DNA of 63,793 nt, filler included, from Atractiella rhizophila (GCA_021432655.1; 4 parts of 3 records of this genome joined end to end with filler, not necessarily neighbours in it); one strand, 5' to 3'; positions 36,530 to 56,535 are shown, counted from the first letter of the whole stretch. The notes: generated from the sequence alone by a model not told the origin. Made by a program: numbers and translations.

Positions 36530-38132
36530 GCGTAATGTAGTTTCCCCAAGGATGAAAATGAAGAGTCAGATTCTCACAGCTTACATGAGAGTTAAATTGT
36601 GGCGGATTTTGCAGATCAATTTGCGTAGGTGCACATGCATCGATGACTTTTTTGGATGCAGCACATCTCGTAGATATTGCAACGAGCAACCATTTAGACC
36701 GGTTTAATCTGGCATTTTGGATTGGTCCATGACAGCGCCCGAACAGTCATTACTCTCATACCTCGCGTCGCAAGCCAAAGATTACATCGCACATTTGGGC
36801 ATGTGGTGGCCTCAAGGATGAGAAATCGATTTCAGACGACACCTCTCATTCCGACCTCACAGACACAAAAGGGCTTACTACATCATGTGCAAGCCATCTT
36901 GCTTGCCAGCATTGCTAGTTGCTCAACTCTGCTTGCATTGTTCACCCTTTTGTTTCATCCCCATCCGTCCTGGACGCAGCTCTACATCGTTATCTCTCGT
37001 ACTCATCCTCCAGTTCCTCTCACCAAACCATTGCCATTCACAATTTCTCAAGGTGACCATTAATATTATTGTGGATATCCTGCATCTTTGACTGAACTGA
37101 ACTAATCCCAAATCGCCGTTTTCGAAAGCGGCGCTTTTCATTCGCGCATCCAGGGGTCCGGCACTCGTCAGCCGACGGAGCGAGGTCACCAGNNNNNNNN
37201 NNNNNNNNNNNNNNNNNNNNNNNNNNNNNNNNNNNNNNNNNNNNNNNNNNNNNNNNNNNNNNNNNNNNNNNNNNNNNNNNNNNNNNNNNNNNNNNNNNNN
37301 NNNNNNNNNNNNNNNNNNNNNNNNNNNNNNNNNNNNNNNNNNNNNNNNNNNNNNNNNNNNNNNNNNNNNNNNNNNNNNNNNNNNNNNNNNNNNNNNNNNN
37401 NNNNNNNNNNNNNNNNNNNNNNNNNNNNNNNNNNNNNNNNNNNNNNNNNNNNNNNNNNNNNNNNNNNNNNNNNNNNNNNNNNNNNNNNNNNNNNNNNNNN
37501 NNNNNNNNNNNNNNNNNNNNNNNNNNNNNNNNNNNNNNNNNNNNNNNNNNNNNNNNNNNNNNNNNNNNNNNNNNNNNNNNNNNNNNNNNNNNNNNNNNNN
37601 NNNNNNNNNNNNNNNNNNNNNNNNNNNNNNNNNNNNNNNNNNNNNNNNNNNNNNNNNNNNNNNNNNNNNNNNNNNNNNNNNNNNNNNNNNNNNNNNNNNN
37701 NNNNNNNNNNNNNNNNNNNNNNNNNNNNNNNNNNNNNNNNNNNNNNNNNNNNNNNNNNNNNNNNNNNNNNNNNNNNNNNNNNNNNNNNNNNNNNNNNNNN
37801 NNNNNNNNNNNNNNNNNNNNNNNNNNNNNNNNNNNNNNNNNNNNNNNNNNNNNNNNNNNNNNNNNNNNNNNNNNNNNNNNNNNNNNNNNNNNNNNNNNNN
37901 NNNNNNNNNNNNNNNNNNNNNNNNNNNNNNNNNNNNNNNNNNNNNNNNNNNNNNNNNNNNNNNNNNNNNNNNNNNNNNNNNNNNNNNNNNNNNNNNNNNN
38001 NNNNNNNNNNNNNNNNNNNNNNNNNNNNNNNNNNNNNNNNNNNNNNNNNNNNNNNNNNNNNNNNNNNNNNNNNNNNNNNNNNNNNNNNNNNNNNNNNNNN
38101 NNNNNNNNNNNNNNNNNNNNNNNNNNNNNNNN

Positions 38133-43268
<5,136 letters not shown>

Positions 43269-44580
43269 TTATTTACCTGTAATGTNNNNNNNNNNNNNNN
43301 NNNNNNNNNNNNNNNNNNNNNNNNNNNNNNNNNNNNNNNNNNNNNNNNNNNNNNNNNNNNNNNNNNNNNNNNNNNNNNNNNNNNNNNNNNNNNNNNNNNN
43401 NNNNNNNNNNNAATTATGTTTTGTCACGTCCAATGAAGACAATTTTTCGGGAAGTCTCCTGCCTTCAACTTCCGCCTTAACTCACCTCCACTGCAAGTCT
43501 GCAAGTATTCTGAATGCTGTCGAGTAACTCTTAAGGAAGAGCATGCTGAAACGCTTAGGGGTCGTCAAAGCTTTTAAATGACAGCAATGATATACACGTT
43601 CTAGCTTCTGGCTTCTGGCTTCTCCCTTCCACCGTGACTCCAAATCCCATCCCACACAGTTCATCCCACAAGTGTCCACCATGTGTTCTAGTGTCAATAT
43701 GTCAACGTTGGTCAATGATTTCATTGTGCTCCGGGATATCGGACGGAATGGCAGCTGCCAGCAGCCAGCGCTGGCCAGCAGTGGGAGGAAAAACATGGCA
43801 AACCTCCACTGTTAGCACGGTTGGGACGGAAAAGGACACAAACTCCCTTCAATTGTCCCCCGTTTCCCTTCGTCCTTGCGTCCTCAGCTTTGCCCTCTTC
43901 AGCGTATGCCAGATCGTAAGTTGGCGCGAGAAGAGTTGCTCTTCATGTTTCCACAGAACGCATTAACTTCCTTTGGCTTCAGACAACAATATTGAGGTTG
44001 CCGTTGGTCTCATAAGCAACCGACGGGCATTGCTAAGAGACTTTTTCGGACACGTTTCCCATTGTTTCCCTAACGTTTTCCTCAAGTTCGTGCCCGTTTG
44101 CCTTTTATCCGCTTCGCCCGAAGAAAACAACGTTTATGGAGTTTCTGACGCGTTAGCTCGCCGCCGGAGCCTCGCCTCCGCACGATGACCCGCTCCGCCT
44201 CCGCAGGGAAAGGTCGTCACTGTCGCTTGCCGTTGGGCTTGCGAGCGAGCGAGAGATTGGCACCAACGCGTCGGAATCGTAGCGCGTTGGGGATGGGAGT
44301 TGTTGAAACCATTGGCAAGAAGCGGTTCGTCTGAGTGGTCCCTGATGTTTTCAGGCGTCAGACTGACCCACTTTCACGAGCCCAGCCTTATTTTGGCTTG
44401 GGTGTGATTGTCTGTCAAGGAGAGAATTGAGCCCGTTCGAAGCCGTTGCCCTACGTGTTCGGCGTAACTGCGTTGGCTCACGCAGCAACCCCCAATTTAT
44501 CCAGCGGAGCGAAGCCGCGACGCGCGTTATTTTATTGATGAGTTCGGGATGTGTGATTCGTTCGAGCGAGAGCCCGAACA

Positions 44581-44586
44581 TATAAA
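44581..44586 (+). promoter_or_regulatory. TATA box of cyclin-like gene
   Basis: TATAAA ~95 nt upstream of ATG 44677, followed by a pyrimidine-rich tract. Confidence 0.45.
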
Positions 44587-44676
44587 CCAGACCTTCGCCT
44601 TTCCCTTCCCCATCTCCTAATCAACCCAAATCAGTCCACAAACGACTACACTTCACAAAGAACCTTTAGAATCCCA

Positions 44677-45445
44677 ATGAGCAAGCAATTCACCAACGCC
44701 GCTGTTGTTGATAAATACTTTGGAAGGAAAGGTTAGTTGCCCTCCTTATCGGAAGATAGAAGAACGGTGCTAATATGAGATCAATGCAGATATCTGCCTT
44801 TTCGCTGAGAAGAGCGTTACATGCCTCTTTCCACTCGAAGGTCAATCATCCAAAGCAACTGATCCCTCCGTCGCGGAGTGGTATGTGAGTGTTCATGTTC
44901 TTCGCTGCTTATCAGTCCTAATTTAGATTATCGCAGGCTTATCTTCTCTATCGAACGGCCATTCCCAATTCCTACGTCTTCCTGGCTCTCCATCTTCTCC
45001 GCCGCATCTCCCTCGCCTACGTCCTCGATCCAAGCTCACCCACTCCCCCAAACTTCTATCACTCCCTCCTCCTCTCCGCTACCATCCTTTCCTCGAAATA
45101 CATGATGGATGACTGTTTTTGTATGTTTTTCCCCAATCTCACAAGGAGACAACACTGACTGAGATTCATTTAGCGAACGGATCATTCCACATTGCCTCCA
45201 AGCGCATGTTTAGCGTCAAGGAAATCAACAACATGGAGATGTCCCTCCTCGCTTCTCTCAACTGGCGCATCCGTGAAGAGGATGAAGATCTCGGACTGGT
45301 TCTGGGAACATATGAGCAAGAGTGGGCGGAGAAACTGGCCGCTGAGAAGATGGAGAAGTTCCAATACGACCAAAGGAGGCAGAAGGTCGGACGATCAGGA
45401 AGAAGGATGTCCAGAGCGGCCTCAGGGAACAACTCAAGGGGATGA
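44677..45445 (+). CDS. Cyclin N-terminal-domain protein (Pho85 cyclin PCL/Clg1-like); apparent indels
   Basis: Exons give YVFLALHLLRRI, ILSSKYMMDDCF, ASKRMFSVKEINNMEMSLLASLNWRI (cyclin-box pattern K...D...EINxME..L..L.W). Confidence 0.72.
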
Positions 45446-46441
45446 TGTTCGATTCTGCCCCGAACTCTCACTGGGTCTCCTTCGCGCCTTAAATCGTCAA
45501 ATGCCTTTATTCGTAGGAAGCGTACGACAAATATGTTACGTCGACGGGATGAGAGCGAGAAACCCTTTCTCGTATGTTTCATCCTATCTCATCCTTTCAC
45601 ACGCTTATCATATCCTTCACAGGCGCACCTACCGTCTTACAGACCTATCTAGCTAGGATTGGATGCTCGTTGGACCTCGTTTCCCCTCACGCAACGTCGG
45701 TTTCACCGTCCGTCGTGTTGGAGCTCATCCACATTCTGAAGAGGTCAAACCCTTTGCACATGCACACACGCAATATCGTGTGGCAGTTGTTGTGATACTC
45801 GTAGACTGTATAAAATCTTTAATCGATGGACAAACACAAGGACAATTCTTTCAATTTATCACATCACTCTTTGGTCAACTTTTTTTTTCATTTGCCTCTA
45901 GTGTAGGATGTTGTGGTTTCAAAAATGAAATGTACTCATATCCAATCATTTCCAAATCAAACTGCAAATCGAATGAATAGTATTTCACAACATCTTGAAT
46001 GAAGTAACTTGAAGACATCGGAAGACAAGAAAAGGTCAGAACATATAAGAGCAGTCGATAAGGGGGTCATGCGGATATGAAACACGAATAGGGCAAGATT
46101 GTCCAAAGGAATCTAACCGCAGAACTTTGATGGATGATCAGGTTGAGCAGGTCCCATTGAGCGGAGAAGAGCAGGGACAATCGAATCCATTCAAGTCAAG
46201 TCCGTATCACGAGTGTCGAGAATGTTGAGTGTGCTATCTACAGCTAATTGAGCGAGTGCGATGAAATCTTTTAAACAACAGGACTAGAAAGGTAATCAAG
46301 TGATAAGTGAGGGTTGAGCGCAGCAGAGATCCACAACAGAATCATCTAGAGTCTTATCAGCTTATCGGGAACATGAGCAATCGGACTGAAGAACAGACTT
46401 ACGCTTGAGGTGCGTGAACAACGTCACGACCGCCTTCTAGA

Positions 46442-47895
46442 TTATCGCTTCCCGCCCATATCAAGAGCCTCGGTCACTTTCCCCTCTCGTCCCTCTCCCT
46501 CTCGCACTGCTCCAACAGGCTCAGAAGACACAGTCCCCTCAACAGTGCTGTCATCGCTGCCCATCCGACGCGATTCTCTCTCCGCCTGTTTTTGTAGGCG
46601 GTCTAGTGGACTACGCTTCATGCTCGAATTGGTGTTTCCACTCAGACGTCCACGGGTCGTATCGTCTGGTTGAGAGGCAGCACTGGCACCAGCGAGGAAG
46701 AACTCGTCGTCGTCTTGAGAAGATCCAGAGTCGCCGGTTCTTAACGTTCCTCCTCTCGAGATGCCAGGTGAGGACGCCACGCGAGAGGTAGAACCCAATG
46801 GATCAGGTCCTTGAAAGGGGAAGCTGTTCCCGTCCGCTGGAAGATGTAAGGACGAATTGACACTGGGTTGTTCTTGTGAGTAGCTGGACTGTCTCGAATG
46901 CGGGTCCTCCCTCATCCTCTTCATCATTGCGTGCCCAATCTCCTCCTCCGTCAAACCCGTCCTCTGACTCTCGCTCTTGACCTGCTCCCGGAACCAATCG
47001 CTGTCGTCTCGTTGCAACCCGATCCCGCTCGCCTCTGAAAATCCGAGTTTATCCTTCTCTATCCCCATCACTGTGGTATACTCCTTCCCCAGCGGTTTCG
47101 GAGGAATAATTTCGATTTGGGAGTAGACGGAGTGTGGTGCGCCAGACAAACGATTGGGAGCGCGAACCTGTTGCGGTTGTAGCTGCGCAGCATGAAACGA
47201 GGACGGACGGGAATGGAAGGAGGCAGGACGGGATGATGAGAGGGGAGTGTGAAGAGACATGGCGTAGATTGAGCGTCGATTGCTGGCCGATGGACGGGGA
47301 AAGCTTCCACCTGCACCTCCAAGGGCGTACATGGAATGACGGTTCTGTGGCCCAGGACTGGAAGAGTACCGTTGGTGAGCAGAAGGCAGCGTAGCCGTAG
47401 CAGGGGGATGTGTAGGTGTGTTTCGCCCTCCGAATGATGTTTGTGCAGAAGGTGGGGTAGACGGTTCACTCCCTGACGCCTCTCGCGCACTCCGTTCGTA
47501 GGCCAAAGAGCTCATCCGCGACGACTGGCCGGTTCCAAAAAATCCAGAATCCTTCTCATCCAATGTACTGACTGGACGCTGACGATCTGGGTACCCATAG
47601 TCTGCTTCCTCCTTATCCAACAAGTTTCGATCCAATGCCGGCAACGGAGCACTCCTCCGCCGCCAGAGGCAGCGGTAGATTTTGTAAGAAAGAATAAGTG
47701 CAAGAACCGCTCCTACGATCCCAACGACAATTATCGCCGCGAGTGGGAAGGACGAAGAATGTGAGGATGACGATTTCGCGTCCGCATCGGGTATGTTGGT
47801 TTGTGCTGGAAGTGTTGTGCCTGTTGTAGGTGTACATGGCAGATGGAGAAAGGTCGAAGAGCTGAAGGAAGATGGAGAAAAGAAGGCAGAGTTTT
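46442..47895 (-). CDS. Single-pass membrane protein with long disordered Ser/Arg-rich cytoplasmic tail; upstream exons unresolved
   Basis: The frame of ORF 46442-47644 extends to an intron acceptor near 47896 and includes LAAIIVVGIVGAVLALILSYKIYRCLWRRR. Confidence 0.65.
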
Positions 47896-49413
47896 CTATG
47901 CCGCGAGAGTCAGCGGTGTCTTTTTCGGCCTTGCTTCTGGAAACAAGGGTGAGCTCCGACAGATGCCGGATGAGAACGTTGCACCTGGTTGCAACATTCT
48001 AGACATCTTGGAACTTCCTCAGCACGATAGAATGCTTCCTTGCAGGATTTTCGAGTGCTCCGTGCTCAAGGTTGCCGATGGCGATGGCAGAAAGGAAATT
48101 CCCAATCGCGATTATGCATTCCAGTGTCCAGTCTACCACACTCTTCATCCCAAACCCAAATGTTGCTGGGTCTATAGCTTTCAGGCAGAGCCCAATGACC
48201 ATTGTCTGGCACAACCCACTGGTCGAGCAAGCTTGCCTTCTAGCCTGGCCCATCTCAAAGGTGAATTCAAAACAAGAATCCGCGGACATTGAATAGCAAG
48301 TATGACTCTTCTATCCACATTTCATGTGATCCATTTTCCACAGCTGCACTTCCGGCTTCACATCTTCCTGAGAAAAAAAGCGCGACAGCAAACCTGTGAA
48401 TCTTACAGACTGCACGTGCGCAAGGGCATATGGCATAATCTTGCTCACAGCTATCCCGCTCCGGTTTGGCGACAGGACTTGGCAGATGGCGTCTTCAGCA
48501 CCCCAAGCAATTCGGAAGGCAGACCAGCTCCTACCACTTCCCTGACAATCCTCAAGTGGAAGCACTCCTTGCGAAAAGTCAAACTGTTGACTCGCTCTTC
48601 CTCCAATAACAGGTGATCGGAGCATGAGCACCAATGAGCACCATCCTCCAAGCAATTGTCCAAAGTCCAGTTATTCTCAACGAGACTTGTCCCAATACCA
48701 CATTATAAAGAAAAACGTCTCCATGTCCTGTCTCCTCCTAGAACGTTTCAACTGAAAGAGAGACTCACCACGTTCGTTCCTATTTACGTATCCCTACAGA
48801 GTTTGCCTACTCCTACAACCCAAGGGAATCACGTCCGCTGTAGCGAGGAATGCAGGAATGTAAGGACCCCAGAAAGGGTGACGTCGAAACGTCGAGCGCT
48901 TTTGTCGTCGATGGTGCTTTTCTTGGACGAGCGGGAGGATGTGCGCGCCGCAGATTCTCGGCGTCGGAACCTTTTGTCAAGTAAACAACAAGTGTGAGGT
49001 ATGCGGAGGAGGAAAGGAAGGGGTTGGTGCTTGAAGAAGCTGCTCTTGAAGGAAAGAAACGAGGGACTGAAGTGGGATGCTGGTTGAGCAGAACTTGCAG
49101 AAGAGAAGGCCGACCAAATATAGAATGTCCGGGTGGTGACTAACGGGAAGAATATCGCCTTGAGCGGCCAGCCCGAGCAACAGCCTCATGTAAGTACAAG
49201 GCGTCAAGCTTGCAAGTACCAAGAATGGGATATGGACAGCATGGAGAGTAGAAATGCACTAGGTTGAGCGCGAATATCGGAATTCCAAATATCAAAAGGC
49301 AATCCCATCACCGAACATCTTTCTAATGAACAAAGCACAATCCATAGATAGTGTGATCTCCCAAAAGCTTGAAACGGGACATGCAGTGAGAGGTGATAAC
49401 GCAGATATGCAAT

Positions 49414-50642
49414 TCAATTCTTCCTCTTCTTCTCCGGCTTAACCCATCCGAATTTCTGTATAATGACCTCTTTCTCTCCTTGCAATTTCTCGTAAACCTC
49501 CAGAGCCTTCTTCCGTCCTTCCTCATCCTTGACCTCCGGATGAGTTTGACGGAAGAAGGACATTCCCACTGCCTCCATCCCATGTTGGGAAATGAGCTCG
49601 CGCACAAACGTTTGCGGTTGTGCACGAGTCGCTGGGAGGGGATTATCGTCTTTGGATATGGGAGAGGACTGGCGCAGAAGGAGGTAGGTTATACGGTGAT
49701 ACGGTGTACCTTCTTGCGCGTGCGGAGGCAGGTAGGAAAAGTGTGTGACGGCTGAAGATGAAGACGGAGGAGCAGAGAGGTCGACGTCTGTTGTGTGTAT
49801 CGAAAGAGGGAGATTATACCTGTGTCATGAATCATACTAAGCTCAATACTACTTAACTTGAAAGCGAACATACACAGCTTGATGCAAAAAGCACCTAAAT
49901 GTATCTTCTTCCGGATGTGGGTAGTCTGCATCAATGATGAGCAGGGTATATAGCTCTTCCTTCGTTCCAAAAGGCATGACGTTGATCACTGGAGCGTCTA
50001 CCGTGGCACTGATGGGCAGGAAAGCGCCTGGTGCAACCTCTGTAAGCTGTCCCTTCTCATCCGCCAACCGAATGGACAGGTCTGCAGAAGGGACGAAATC
50101 CGTAGGCAGAAGATCGGGTACAAGTGACATGGTCGTTATGCGTTGCATCTGCACTCAATGAATAATGAAAAATATGGGAAGAAGGGAGACAAGGAGACGC
50201 ACCAGCCGGGATAATGGTCCATTCTGTCGCCAGGCGAGTTCTGCAAGATGCCGGTATACAGGTTTATTCCAATCCACTTTCCCATTTCAACGCATTCAAC
50301 ACCGCTATTCGCATAGAGAAGCAAAATCCTAAACGCACCCAATCCATTTCTGAACTTCCACCTCACCTCAGGATCATTCACTTCGCTCTCAACCTCCAAA
50401 AACTCAATAGTCTGCTCAATCTCCTTCAGTTCCCCAGGCTCCTTCCCTTTCAATTTCCGTAGCTCAGCAATCTGAGCTCGTTTCTTTTCTTGGTCCGCCT
50501 TGATGACATCCAGTGAAAGCTTGTACAGCGCGAACTCAGCTGGCGGTTGTGGGAGTGGTGTTGGGGAAGGATTTGGAGCGTAAAATGTACGCTTTTGAGC
50601 TAGAAATGGCCGAAGAAGAGAGGTGGAGGCGCGACGCGACAT
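49414..50642 (-). CDS. MRPL35: Mitochondrial large-subunit ribosomal protein mL38 (PEBP-like)
   Basis: Presequence MSRRASTSLLRPF; EVNDPEVRWKF, QRITTMSLVPDLLP, YTLLIIDADYP, YLPPHAQEGTPYHRY. Confidence 0.9.
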
Positions 50643-52280
50643 TATGCGATGTTCTAGGCTCAACAGAGCGAAATTATACGTGTGGTTGTCTGTGAGGTGG
50701 TGTGGAGGAAACTTTTTGGTGGCCGGAAAATGGCTTGAATCTCAGGGTTTTCTACACTGAAAATGAGGAAGAGAGACTTAAGCTATAAGAAGAGGGAGGA
50801 GGAGAATGTGAAGCATCAATGCATGTCAAAAAATGGCCTAGGTGTCTTGAATGGATGATTGACAAGTGGTGCGTTCTTCATCGGGATTTAACATATCAGC
50901 GTGAAACAATGGGTCGTTTAAGTGTTAAAAGAGCCCAAAGAGTGTACCCTACTTCGAGTGCCTCGAGAAACACGCTAGAAAGCGGGTGGTTAGGAGAGTC
51001 TTGTTCATACCGGCGTACGAAACGAAAGCACTTGGAGACTGTCTGCACTGTGCTGGTGTCTTGGACATTATGTCGATGTTCAATCCTCTTAGGAAGCGAT
51101 CATATCGATACGAAAGATGCAGAGCAAATACTTCACAAAAATGAATGCCCAACAGGGCCAGATAGAGCCCGACCTACTAGTAATTTGTAAGGATTATTCT
51201 ATGAGTCCACTTCGACAGTCGCAGCGGTCTACATAATGTGTCCTCCACCCAACTTCATTTGACTGTACGCGCGCCAACGCTTAGGTTCAAGCTACTTATC
51301 ACTGTTTTATCGTTAAAAGTGCTATTTTACTCAGTGTCGATTCCCTCTCTTCATGGTCAAACATTGGCAGTCTGACAGGAACAGGTAAGGGGTTGCAAAA
51401 AGGGATGTGATTCACGCTAGCACCTTAATCAGATGATGTAAATTGAACGTATTGTTTATCCTCCCATCCTCCCTGCTGTGTGGGCGGAGCTGGCGGAAGC
51501 ACCTCTTCCCATTTTTGATTGACATCTGGTTTATAAGTGAGAGAGTTGTCTACTTATTTCCTCTAGATTCATTAATATCTGCATATGAGCGCTAAACCGA
51601 CATATTTGGATATGTCCAGCGACGAAGATATCAACCACTTATGTCACTTTAAGTAGCATCTTTCCTACTGCTTGGCGACAGTTCCCTTTCATGCCTCAAG
51701 ACCTAGTTAACATCTTTGAAACACTTCCTATCCTTGTCTGCGTTTACGGACGCTTCCTCGTGCATCCCTACAGGTGAGGGTGCTCATATTGTTTCTTTCA
51801 CACCACGTATGATGCTCACTTGGGACGTTTTAGGTACCTCCCAAACGATAAGAGCGTGAGGATGAAAGAAATGCAGTCTGTGTTCAGTTGCAAAGCGTTT
51901 AGATGGAATGGTACAGCAACTGGGAGGAATTGGCATTTGGTGGACGTTTCATACTCTCGATTTGCTTGAGATCGGGCAATGCATGTCAATTTTTTGATCA
52001 GCATCTCTGAGAACTTTCGGTGGCTCTTTCAGATGCGTAATTCTCACGGATTGTGCATAGGGCAAGGCAGATCTACAGGTTCGCGTCTAGTAGTTTATGA
52101 TTTTTGTGCACTATCGCTGTTAGTTACAACATTTGGGTTGTGAATGAAATCGAGAAGGAGCGTACTGACGAAAGTACTAATTGCAAGATGAACGAAAGAC
52201 TTCTGCAACAAAAAGTTGACAACTAGGTTTCCTTCAACAACGCGAACACCTAAAGCACGCCGCCTCACAATGTGAGGACA

Positions 52281-54125
52281 TCAATCTGGACAAGGTCGAG
52301 TTAAATAATGTGGTGGAAGGTAAACAGGCGTCAGAGGCGCAGGGTTCGACGGTGTCATCTCTGGATGATCCAGACTTGTCGGCGACGTCCCACCTTCTTG
52401 AAGTACAAATTGTTGATCGGGATCCAATGAATCGTGTTTCCAGCTATCTGGCGATGAATCATGTTTCCAGCTTCTCGGTGAACGAGGTGATTTGAGATCA
52501 TCTTCTGCATTTGGCATATCAATGAAAGTTGTTTGGATTCGATGAACGTGGATTCCGCTTCGGTTATTGCCACTGCCCAACGAGCCTGATTTCCGGTGCC
52601 GTTTGACTTCTATGATGTTGCGCCTAAAGAACGGTTACATTTTAGCTCAAGCTTGGAAGGTGGTCGAGGCAGGACGCACGTCAAGGAAAAGATAATCACA
52701 TCTCTGTAGGATGTAGGGTTAGCCTGAGGTTGAAAACGCAAAGTCAATGAAACGCACGCAACACCACAGGTCGTGTATAAAAAGCCAGCTGCACATAATG
52801 CTTTTAGGCTCCACTGCAGTTGGTTTGTCAATGGCAAATCGTCTTACAATCAAAGTAGGACGTGCCTTATGACCATTCATCCCCGCCAGTCGATAAACAC
52901 TCAAAGGGAGAACCAGGGAGCTGAAAACTATGGGGTAAAAAATCATCGTTCGTGCCATTTTCTCCAATCTCGCAAAGCTCGGGAGATCCCGCATTTGGAC
53001 GGTGTCTTGTCTACTCCCACGTTGGTTTCCAGAGCTCCCGCTGGACTGCGTGCCAGAAACCGACGGTGGACGTTGGATAATAGCAAGCTCGCGATTGAAA
53101 GGCCATATTTGTTTAAGGGCAAGACCGCAGAGCGTATAAAGAGTAAAACTCCCAAACACTTTGCCCGTATTAGTTATAGATCAGAGTAGTAGAAGAAAGA
53201 CGCACTGCTGATAAAGACGAAGAGGTAGTGCAAATACAATCGCTCATCTTGGTAAGCGGGGGCTATCCAGCACCAGGCACCAGCGTTACCATCTACCACC
53301 ATCTTCAGCCGATTGACGTTGACATAGAGCCAACTCACAAAACTGTCCATCCTTGCTTCTTTCCAGTGCCTCGGGTCCAATAACCTATAGGCCAATGAGC
53401 TGACGCCTTCAAGGGGGATGCGGGAGCTGACAGTGAGAGTGATGACGAGAGCCCATATACTCGCTATTACGACCCAAACAGACCACTTTGGTGGCTTGTA
53501 ACGAAAGGCAAGAATGCAAGCCGTGTGGGCAGAGATTGCAAGCGCAAAGAGTGCTGACGCGACATCTCCAACTTCGATCGCTGTAAAAAGTTCAATTAGA
53601 GATATTCGTGCGTTGAGCTAACTGGTGCTCACCAACTGCTTGTGTTTGGCAGGTGGAATCGGTTTCGTCGATGTAGCCAACTTGTGCAACCCAATGAAAA
53701 TTGAGAGCAAAACCTATGCCATCACTCAGATAAATCTTACAATTCCCCTATCGCCTACCTATTGATTGGATAAGGTCTGCAAGCAAAAGATTCATAAACA
53801 AGAGTCCAAACCTGGAGCAGCACAGCTTAGATGTCAAGTGTGCTAAAGAAGGAAGAGGAACCGACTGCGTCCGTAAAAACTTCGTCCTCAGCTGGACTTC
53901 AGGAGCCCATCGTTTGTTTTCCGAGCGCTTGACTTGGTAGAAGAGGAAAGCGATGTAGAGAGATAAAGAGCTGCAGGCTACCGCTGATATTGTAGCAGCC
54001 ACTGCAACAGCCTAGATGGCGTTGGTCAGTCAAAAAGCTAGTGCAAGGGATCTCCCAAGGATCCTAATACTCACGATCATCCCACCCTTTTCTTCCAGCC
54101 TAGGCGAGTCTGTGGCAGAACTCAT
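52281..54125 (-). CDS. Seven-transmembrane receptor, Git3/Gpr1-like GPCR
   Basis: FGLLFMNLLLADLIQSIG, GDVASALFALAISAHT, GNAGAWCWIAPAYQDERLYLHYLFVF, KMARTMIFYPIVFSSLVLPLSVYRL; ATG 54125 followed by a GTGAGT intron. Confidence 0.85.
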
Positions 54126-56535
54126 ACCGTCAATGAATTTCGCTGCAAGGATTATCGAGGAGGTTGGCGCTGGAGAACAAAGGGGAATGAGAGTTATTTG
54201 TAGCCGGTGGTGTCCCTGTGCAGAGCTTGCTTGACCTTATTGAAGAAGTCCGTCAACAGCTCCACCGATCTGAATGTCCCAGTTCGCCACAGTGAGCAGA
54301 TCAGATGGGCGAAGGTCCTTTAGGGTGAAAGATTGACGATGAGAGCCGTTGAGGCGAGTGCTGTAATCTGCTGTCCGTTGACTTTGAGGGGAAGTGCAAC
54401 GGTCTCGCCCGGTCTGGCTTTTATAAGTGGTGAGCGTGAGAATCACGAAAAGAAGTCACCCAAGATTTGCTGGCGTGCGGAGATTAGGTTGGGCAGTACA
54501 AGAGGAAGCGGCTTTGAGCCTGCAGACTAGAGACAGCGACAAGAAGGGGACGACACCGGCAGAAGACTAGAGGGGAGAAGAGGAAGCCCCGCCCAAAGTT
54601 CTGACATTCATATCTGTGGAGAATCTAGGAGAATGTTGGAAGGTTATCCAAACGGCTTGAAGCCGAAGCTGGATTCTCCAACTCCCATTCAAAGGTCGGA
54701 GAACGAGCCGAGGCCCACTGTCGTGACCCTGTTAGATCGGTGCTCTCGTGAGATGAACAAAAACATGAACTGCAGTTGACCTGGAAGAAGGCAGGACGTG
54801 ACACTCTCGTGCGACATAACAAGCATCACAGCTTCCCAAGTAAGACGGAGTCTCATTCAAGCAGTATCACGAATGCTAGGCTGAACACACCTGAAATGAA
54901 TGTTGAAAGCATTTAATGACTCTACCGCGATAAGTCTACTACAAGGCTACATTTGCAGCTGCCTGCAGACTTTGGATGGGTTGGGCTGTGGAATGCCTGG
55001 TTTTTGCGCCGGCCGAATCTACACAGACATAGACGTGCTCACACAGGCCACTGGATGACACACACCAATGCAAAGGGGAGTTCCCATGAAGGAAAACACA
55101 CGTGAGTACCCAAAAAATGAAGAGGTTCTGAAGACTGTTTCACTCTGCCGACCTCATGCTTCCTCTCGGATCCAGCCTACCCGACTCTTCCTCAAGACAG
55201 TCTCTTCTCCTCTACAATCGGAATACACGAAAGTTTGGTTCAGGTCTCTCACAGGTGAGGAGGTTTAGTTGCTGAAGGCTAACTAGAGAACGCTACAACT
55301 AGCGCGCTTTTGCCAGACTTCTGAAGTGGAAGACTGGGTCAAAGATTTGTCGCAAGGGTAGAAGCTTGGTAACTTAATGTAAGCTTTTTTCCTTTTGGAG
55401 ATTGCGCAGGCTCGTCTAAACTCAGAGTTGTAAACCAACTTGGACTCAAGCGATTGATTTTAGCCGTGAGCTCTTAGAGCATCTGTAGGTAAATGCAGTA
55501 GCGGAGGGAGAAAGCAAAATCCAAAGCAGGCAGACCGGGATGACGGAATGAAATATTTCTCGGATTACTGGTGGCACCCAAAAATGCCATCCAACCGACA
55601 AGCGACATTCCTCTGCGTGGTTGACTGTGCTGATGCGTGAAGTTAAACTGTTCTGACAATAATCAGACACCGGCGTGAAATAGGAACAGCTCGAAGAGCA
55701 CGAATTAACACTCGGATTCAGAGACAGGGTTGAAAGTAGCAATGCTGATTTGGTGGACACTGTGTCTTCCCAGATTTCATTCTGGTCTTCCTGATACATA
55801 AAGATACCATCCAGAATATCTAGACAAACCTGCCCTTTCGAATTTGTTGAGATCGAGAGTTTCTCTTTAAGCCTAGTTTTATGGCCAGAGGCCAAACCTT
55901 ATTTTTACTCCGTGGCACGGGATGATGAGACGGTTTGAACAACCTCAAAATCTTCCTTTCATTCCTTTCATTTCATTCAAACCGTAGTGTCATGGTATCG
56001 ACGTCCTTGCAGGTGAAGAATATGCAGGAGTTGTTTGGGGATTGGTGTTAAACCGCAGCATCTGCTGACAAACGAGAGCATTATCGGTTGGAATGCAGGG
56101 TCTCTCGTGTGCGCGGTGCGTGGACTGTTCAATCTGGCATTCAATATGTTCAATAATTCGGTTACGCCGTGCCGTGGCAGATCTATCCATGTTTGCATGT
56201 AAATCCTGGTCATTAGTGAATAAAGTTGGACTTTCCTTCCTCCTTCACTATTTATGGCAGCGAACAGGAGGGAGGCAGTGCGGTGGACTGAGAGACAATT
56301 GAATGCGGGATGTTTTTGTCGTCTGCGGAGAGCTCAGGTCCGCTCTTTCATGAAGACCCACCAACGTTGCAAACTGCCTTAAAAGAGGCAATTCCTTCGC
56401 AGATTAGCACTCCCTTGCTCACCACTTCGTCATCCTGAGTAATCCATAGCATTGTTTGCAGCTTTCGTGAGCCGTTGATTGTCTTCTCTCTTTCAGAGCC
56501 GAAAAGCCTGATACGTGTTTCTCTGCATGAAGCTC

